A stretch of DNA of 24,000 nucleotides from Candidatus Harpocratesius repetitus (lineage in GTDB: Archaea; Asgardarchaeota; Lokiarchaeia; Sigyniarchaeales; Promethearchaeaceae): the NCBI GenBank assembly GCA_021498095.1, contig JAIZWK010000001.1, positions 716,448 through 740,447 of the forward strand, read 5' to 3'. Both the position numbers and the translations under genes were made by a program. Below the pieces are notes generated by a model, which saw only the letters and a list, made by a program, of their open reading frames with translations, searched no databases and was not told the origin of the DNA. Below, one piece after another: positions 18,692 through 24,000 of the stretch. The stretch's first letter is position 1; each line of letters begins with the position of its first letter.

Positions 18692-20284
18692 TCAATCTTC
18701 CTTTTTTTTTCCACATTCAATTGCCTCGATTCTCTTTCGTAATTTCCGTTGAATATGACCGTCTCCTGTTAATCGATGTTTTTCACGTAGTTTAATTAAA
18801 AGTTCGTCTCCTGCTTTGTCATATCCAAAATCCAGATAAGTCATATAAAAATCATTTTTTTCAATCGCTCGAGCTACTGTCTGCCAAGAAACTGATTTTC
18901 CTTTTCCTGCATCAGGCATTTTTCCATACGGAATTCCTAGATTCTTTTCACACCAAAGCATATAGTATTTTATTTTCTCGTAATAACGTCGCATTATCAA
19001 TGGTTCATAAATTCCTATAGATTCAAGTAAAAAAATCGTGTACTGTTGCCAGGTTAAATGATCGGGTTTCATTGAGGTGAGGTTTCCCAATAGAGATGTA
19101 CGACAGTATATCGCACCAAAATTAACTCCCTCCACCCGCTGCAGTAACCGCTCCCATGTTTCTGGTTCAATTACTCGATATTGATCCAATCCTGCTTTTT
19201 GTGCTGAACCAAATGGTTGACATATTCGCTGGAGCGAAAGAGGAACTCCATTTTTATACATATCTTCATAAACATGATTATAATCTAAATTAAATTTTGC
19301 CACACAACCCCAAATATCTTCTACTTTCCAATCATAAATCGGATATGCATTATAAATATTTGGTAATATTTCTGTAGTCCAAAATAATCCCTTATAACGT
19401 GGTTTATCTCGGTTTGCTACAGCTAAAAAGCGACGGAGAGATTCATCAGTGCGAATTCCTACAACTATTGCTGTTCGTTTGGCTTTTTTCGTTTTATGAA
19501 GCCATTGTGAGTATTGAAAAATAAAACGGTCAAAATCATTTATGTTTTCAGCAAAAGGGAAAGGATTATTATCCCAAGTAATAGCACCTTCAGGAATATC
19601 TCTTACCCAATGTTCTCTTGCAGATTCATCCCAAGTAATAAACTCAGGATTTAAAGCTGAGGTAGCATTGTCTTCACAAAACGGTAAACAAATCCAGTAA
19701 AAATTTTCACAATTTGGTTTCACTTCTTCACGTAATGATTCCACAAAGCGAGCAGTCTCCATATACATGGCTTCAAAATCAATGAACATTACAGAAAACT
19801 TTTTGCCCATTTCTGCAGCTACCATATTAGCAAGTTGAAGTGTTACCCCCGAATCTTTTCCTCCGCTAATGGCAAAGCTTATATTATCAAATTCAGTAAA
19901 AAGTAATCGAAGTCGGGCAAAAGTAGCATCTAATACATTTGTTTCATTATATATTTTTTTGGATTTTCTCACGTATTTTATTTCAGGCGAAGTTATCTGA
20001 GATATTTTTTGTTTGGGTATTTTTCCTTTTTTTGAAGTCTTTTCTTTTTTCTTTTTTGATAAATCAGAATTAGCTGAGAGACTTCTCTTTGTTTCCATTT
20101 TACTTTTTATTACAAATTCTGATTGTTTTTGTTTTTTTTTTCTTTTTAGAGTGATTGAATGAGAAGGTTTCGGAATGACTTTCACTGTGTCTTGAAATCC
20201 TCTTTCCTTTTTTAGCTGATCAAGAAGTTTAGATTGATTTTTAACTACATTCATAAATTCACAGTCACCCCGCCTCTTACCCAT
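18692..20284 (-). CDS. PAPS-reductase-family PP-loop ATP pyrophosphatase with C-terminal extension, IbrA-like; Lys-rich N-terminal extension
   Basis: 530 aa. The PP-loop 'ISFAISGGKDSGVTL' (aa ~136-149) is followed by 'FIDFEAMY' and 'VVGIRTDESLRR', typical of the PAPS reductase/DndC/CysD fold. A ~170-aa C-terminal region lies beyond the fold. The first ~108 aa are K/S-rich ('KRKKKQKQ', 'SKKKKEKTSKKGK'). Confidence 0.8.
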   Translation of the reverse strand: MGKRRGDCEFMNVVKNQSKLLDQLKKERGFQDTVKVIPKPSHSITLKRKKKQKQSEFVIKSKMETKRSLSANSDLSKKKKEKTSKKGKIPKQKISQITSPEIKYVRKSKKIYNETNVLDATFARLRLLFTEFDNISFAISGGKDSGVTLQLANMVAAEMGKKFSVMFIDFEAMYMETARFVESLREEVKPNCENFYWICLPFCEDNATSALNPEFITWDESAREHWVRDIPEGAITWDNNPFPFAENINDFDRFIFQYSQWLHKTKKAKRTAIVVGIRTDESLRRFLAVANRDKPRYKGLFWTTEILPNIYNAYPIYDWKVEDIWGCVAKFNLDYNHVYEDMYKNGVPLSLQRICQPFGSAQKAGLDQYRVIEPETWERLLQRVEGVNFGAIYCRTSLLGNLTSMKPDHLTWQQYTIFLLESIGIYEPLIMRRYYEKIKYYMLWCEKNLGIPYGKMPDAGKGKSVSWQTVARAIEKNDFYMTYLDFGYDKAGDELLIKLREKHRLTGDGHIQRKLRKRIEAIECGKKKED

Positions 20285-20415
20285 TTATCTATGCTTTTCT
20301 TTGTTTATTATATATCAATATCGGTATTTTATCAATGTAATTATTAATACTAAACTATTTTTAGATTTTGATGATTGTTCTTATATTTTTTAGTAATGCG
20401 CTCAATATTTAAATT

Positions 20416-20964
20416 ATGGCTTTAAACTCTGATTTTTATTCTATTAATGATTTTAATTTAACCTTACTTGAATATTCATCTATTGATAAATTTATTCGAG
20501 TCATTAATTCGAATTACGAACGGATTAAACCTTTTCTAATCAACCGATACCAACATCAAGCTTATTTCTTGACACCATTATGGGTGGATAAAATTTTTAA
20601 AAAACACAAATGCTATTACTTTCATTCAAAAAAGAATCCTAATGACGCAATTGGGGCTGTCACCCTCAAAAAAATTGTCGATTTTGCCTATATTGAATAT
20701 TTCTTCATCGATGCTTCTTGTCTTCATCGTGGATATGGAAAAATTATGCTGGATTTGATGGAGAAAATCATTCGAGATCTCAAACTCAATAAAATACGCC
20801 TTTTAGTTCATAAAGATGCTGTATGGGCACAGCATGCTTATCAAAAATATGGATTCCACCTTCTTCTTACAGATAAACATCAAATCATGGAGTTTGAAAA
20901 TGGAAGAATTGCACCTTATTTTCTAGTCAACCATTTACTCTATGAAAAAATATTATTAAATTAA
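20416..20964 (+). CDS. GNAT-family N-acetyltransferase
   Basis: 182 aa. Acetyl-CoA motif A 'FFIDASCLHRGYGKIMLDLMEKII', then 'IRLLVHKDAVWAQHAYQKYGF'. Divergently transcribed from the IbrA-like gene. Confidence 0.75.
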   Translation: MALNSDFYSINDFNLTLLEYSSIDKFIRVINSNYERIKPFLINRYQHQAYFLTPLWVDKIFKKHKCYYFHSKKNPNDAIGAVTLKKIVDFAYIEYFFIDASCLHRGYGKIMLDLMEKIIRDLKLNKIRLLVHKDAVWAQHAYQKYGFHLLLTDKHQIMEFENGRIAPYFLVNHLLYEKILLN

Positions 20965-21200
20965 GAATGATTAAATAAATAAAAATGCTAAGGTAGTAAA
21001 AGCCGCGAGGAGTGAATAGGTTAAACATAATATTGCCATCGCTCAATTTTTACATTGTTTTTTCTTTATTTCTTTGATAATATAATCATGAACATAAAAG
21101 TTGATTAAATTCGATCTAATTCTTAGATATACTTAATTCTATTTTCCAATTTAACCAAATTAAGATCTAATTATGAATAATTACATAATAATAGAATTGG

Positions 21201-21275
21201 TGCCCACGCAGGGATTCGAACCCTGGTCATCGGGGTGAAGGCCCGAGATGCTTGACCGAACTACACTACGTGGGC
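21201..21275 (-). tRNA. tRNA-Glu (anticodon UUC); CCA encoded at 21198-21200
   Basis: Reverse complement folds as GCCCACG-TA-GTGT-AGTTCGGTCAA-GCAT-C-TCGGG-CCTTCAC-CCCGA-TGAC-CAGGG-TTCGAAT-CCCTG-CGTGGGC-A-CCA. TTC sits at 34-36. Position 33 reads C rather than the near-universal U. Confidence 0.8.
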
Positions 21276-21582
21276 TTGAGAATTCACTTTGGAATATGTT
21301 ATATAATAGGGCATAATTTTAAAATTTTTCGAGAATCTAGAGTAAAATCGTCATTTTTGTCTGAACACCTCAGAAAACCGTAAAAATTTTATGCAACCTT
21401 TCCCAAATAAGAGCGAATTGCCTTGAGTCTTCCATCTTTGCAAAACTGATATGATATTTCAAGGTCAGTTATAATTTTTTTCAGAATCCACTTGTGATAA
21501 AAGTGATTATTCCACCGAACTTATCAATACTCTCATTTCAGAATATATAAAAAAGTATTTCAAATTTTGTGTCTTTCAAATC

Positions 21583-21732
21583 TTATATTTCATATCTTAT
21601 GCGTAATAGTATTTCATCTACAGGAATATCAAGTTCATCTGCCCAACGACATTTCGCTTTAACTGCTGAACACTGTTCGTCTGAGCGCTCTGAGTATTCT
21701 TTCCAAGAAATATGATTATTTGTTAATACCAT
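21583..21732 (-). CDS. Candidate small ORF (49 aa), function unknown
   Basis: My own translation: MVLTNNHISWKEYSERSDEQCSAVKAKCRWADELDIPVDEILLRIRYEI*. It is locally GC-richer and less compositionally biased than the surrounding ORF-free DNA. It is below the ORF-track length cut-off and I recognise no homology. Confidence 0.25.
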   Translation of the reverse strand: MVLTNNHISWKEYSERSDEQCSAVKAKCRWADELDIPVDEILLRIRYEI

Positions 21733-22268
21733 ATAGAAATAGGAACAATTCAAGGATAAATATGTAAAGAATAACGAATTTTGGAATATTTTTGAAGATT
21801 ATTTCCAATCTAATATTAGAAAAATTGCAAAATTTAATTGATTCGACATTTTTCGACAATATAATTATGATTTATAGAGTAGAATACTAATGCATAAGTA
21901 TTCAATCAGATTTTTTCAATTCTATGGATATTCAAAAAAAAATAAGAGATTGAGAAATTGAAAGAAATTTTGGCTAAAAATTAACGAATTCTAATCTCTG
22001 ATATATAATTTTAATTTATGAAAAAAATAGCTAAATTAATTGATAGAATTAGGAAAAATGCGATTTTCAAAACAAAATTATCGCATTAATCAATACTAAC
22101 TAATAAAAATTATAGGAGAAAATGAAAGAATATTCCAATTAATTGTAAGCGTTTTTATAACTGATAACAGACAAATTAACATTTCGCTTTTTGAACAAAA
22201 AAATTTTTAATTGAATGAATATTTTATCTTTTGTTGGTTCTTCAAGTAAAACTAATAGATTTAACCTT

Positions 22269-22341
22269 GCAGGAGTAGCTTAGTCGGTAGAGCGGTCGGC
22301 TGTTAACCGGCAGGTCGCAGGTTCGATCCCTGTCTCCTGCG
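22269..22341 (+). tRNA. tRNA-Asn (anticodon GUU); CCA encoded at 22342-22344
   Basis: GCAGGAG-TA-GCTT-AGTCGGTA-GAGC-G-GTCGG-CTGTTAA-CCGGC-AGGTC-GCAGG-TTCGATC-CCTGT-CTCCTGC-G-CCA, followed by a T5 run. Confidence 0.95.
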
Positions 22342-22515
22342 CCATTTTTCTCCCCATTTTAACCGAGAGAATTGTATTTTTATTACAAAATCAAGCATCT
22401 TTTTTGAGATAAAATCTTTGGTTGAATTTTCTTTTAATTGAAGAAATCAAAATTTTTGATAAAGATTTTTTAGCAAAAGATGAAAATTTTTTCGGGATGT
22501 AATGCTCAATAATGT

Positions 22516-23481
22516 ATGTCAAATAAATCTTTACTGGTGCTTGGTTCTATTGCATACGATTTTATCATGCAGTTTCCAGGAAATTTTAATGATAATCTAA
22601 GCATTGACACTGAAAAGAATATTTTTAATTTAGCTGTAATGCCAAAATCAAAGAAAAAGAGTTTTGGCGGGACCGCAGGAAATATTTCCTATAATTTGGG
22701 AATTTTAAACGTTCCCACTCGAGTGATTACAAGTGTCGGGAAAGATTTTGAAACTTTGGGATATAAACAGCGTATTAAAAATATGAAAAGTGTGGAATTT
22801 TGGGGTGATGAGCATCTTGATGAATTTACTGCAACTTGCTATATTGTGAATGATCAGAATCACAATCAATTAATAATTTTCCATGAAGGAGCGATGAAGC
22901 GATGTTCTAATATAAAACTAGCAGAACATGGTATTTCTAAGGATTCTATTCAATTTGCTTCTGTGAGTCCTGATAATCCTGGAGCGATGGTAGCATGGGC
23001 AAAAGAATTGATTAAGTTAGAAATTCCATTTTTATTTGATCCAGGGCAGATGGTGCATTATTTTAAGAAGCAAGATTTGATGGAAATTATTCCTAATGCC
23101 TATCTAATAATCGGAAATGAGTTTGAAATGACAAAAATTGAAGAGATTCTTGAGACTGATTTGGAAGGTTTACGGGCGCTAAATTCAATGATAATTATAA
23201 CATTAGGAGAGAAAGGAGCGGTTTGTTATTGGGGAGAAAATGAAAAATATATTCCACCAATGACTGTAGAGCATGTAGCTGATACAACAGGAGCGGGTGA
23301 TGCATTTCGTGCAGGCTTACTTTATGGAATATATCATCAGATGTCTTTAGTTAAAGCTTGTAAATTTGGTGCAATTATAGCTGGATATACGATAGGAACT
23401 GTGGGTCCACAAAATCAGTCATTTGCAATTGAAGAAATCCAGGAAAAATTCAGATTAACTTATAGAGATGAATTATTTTAA
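22516..23481 (+). CDS. PfkB-family carbohydrate/nucleoside kinase (ribokinase superfamily)
   Basis: 321 aa. N-terminal 'LVLGSIAYDF', di-Gly region 'FGGTAGNISYNLGIL', and the C-terminal ATP/anion-hole motif 'DTTGAGDAFRAGLLYG'. The substrate cannot be assigned from sequence alone. Confidence 0.85.
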   Translation: MSNKSLLVLGSIAYDFIMQFPGNFNDNLSIDTEKNIFNLAVMPKSKKKSFGGTAGNISYNLGILNVPTRVITSVGKDFETLGYKQRIKNMKSVEFWGDEHLDEFTATCYIVNDQNHNQLIIFHEGAMKRCSNIKLAEHGISKDSIQFASVSPDNPGAMVAWAKELIKLEIPFLFDPGQMVHYFKKQDLMEIIPNAYLIIGNEFEMTKIEEILETDLEGLRALNSMIIITLGEKGAVCYWGENEKYIPPMTVEHVADTTGAGDAFRAGLLYGIYHQMSLVKACKFGAIIAGYTIGTVGPQNQSFAIEEIQEKFRLTYRDELF

Positions 23482-23662
23482 TCTTATAAAAAGAATTACA
23501 AAGATTAAAGAAAAAGTAGATAGGAAAAATGAGAAAATAGAGTGAATATAATCATAAAACTTCTCACATTATTCACTCTCAGTTAGTGAGATTCAAATGA
23601 TGAAATAAGTATATCATATAATTTATAAAGGAAAAAACAAAAAAGACAAATGATCTAATCGC

Positions 23663-24000
23663 TTAGATATATAGAGATTTATCTGTTTCAGTGAGTTTTA
23701 CTTTGGGTTGGAATGAATCGAGTTCATCTTCTAATGCTTTTCGCTTATTTTCTAAATCTTGTGAGATTTCATTAATCCTATTTTCGCTATATGCGTTTTC
23801 TATCGGTAATTCATAAAATTTACCAACTTTTTCCAATAATTGAATTGATGCTTGCAAATCTGTGAAATTATCGTTCATTACAGCAGCATTATCTGTTTCA
23901 GCCAAAAGAACTGTTCCTTCAATACCAAATCGTGCCTTTGCTATGGTTGGAATCAGCCCGTTTGAACCAATAATGACTCCTTTACTTACTTTTTTCGCTT
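23663..24000 (-). CDS. PAC2-family (PbaB-like) proteasome assembly chaperone/activator, C-terminal part; 5' end lies beyond the window
   Basis: The track ORF starts at a TTG (23905), but the frame stays open to position 24000: ...AKKVSKGVIIGSNGLIPTIAKARFGIEGTVLLAETDNAAV.... 'G-x-x-G...A...G...LLAET' is the PAC2/ATP-grasp-like core pattern. A coiled-coil tail follows, ending in L-Y-I, which fits an HbYX motif. Confidence 0.55.
   Translation of the reverse strand, partial: AKKVSKGVIIGSNGLIPTIAKARFGIEGTVLLAETDNAAVMNDNFTDLQASIQLLEKVGKFYELPIENAYSENRINEISQDLENKRKALEDELDSFQPKVKLTETDKSLYI

Noticed and set aside
21002-21010. The GC-rich 9-mer GCCGCGAGG is shared with the variable arm/T-stem junction of tRNA-Leu (16209-16217), raising the idea of a tRNA fragment or att site
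   Set aside because: Flanking bases on both sides do not align with the tRNA (about 2-3 of 8 identities), so this is not a tRNA remnant.

Overview
AT-rich archaeal chromosomal window. Protein-coding DNA is very I/K/N/F-rich, while the RNA genes stand out as GC-rich islands. RNA genes: a complete 16S rRNA (8130-9625) followed by tRNA-Ala(UGC), with no 23S or 5S anywhere in the 24 kb; four more tRNAs (Glu-CUC, Leu-UAG, Glu-UUC, Asn-GUU); and an SRP (7S) RNA at about 4318-4585. Housekeeping CDSs: UPF0148 zinc ribbon, MiaB/CDKAL1-type methylthiotransferase, a divergent TFB paralogue, Ygr210-type Obg-like GTPase, thermosome subunit, Tsr3, PfkB kinase, and a PAC2/PbaB-like protein cut by the window end. 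Three parts deserve a second look. (1) A tightly packed four-gene minus-strand operon (7490 to 4624) encodes a tandem Roadblock/LC7 protein, an uncharacterised 299-aa protein with a core-DENN-like motif pattern, an MglA-type small GTPase and a small membrane protein. A second tandem-Roadblock paralogue lies at 16519-17526. (2) An IbrA/IbrB-like pair (PP-loop PAPS-reductase-family protein plus ParB/Srx-fold protein, 17908-20284) sits beside a GNAT gene, between tRNA genes and next to a 1-kb ORF-poor stretch. (3) An orphan membrane-anchored HerA/FtsK-type ATPase has a roughly 370-aa coiled-coil tail (11273-13852). The gene content (small GTPase plus Roadblock modules, thermosome, TFB) and low GC suggest an Asgard (Loki-like) archaeon, but that is inference only. 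All family assignments rest on motifs I read in the translations, and no database search was run.
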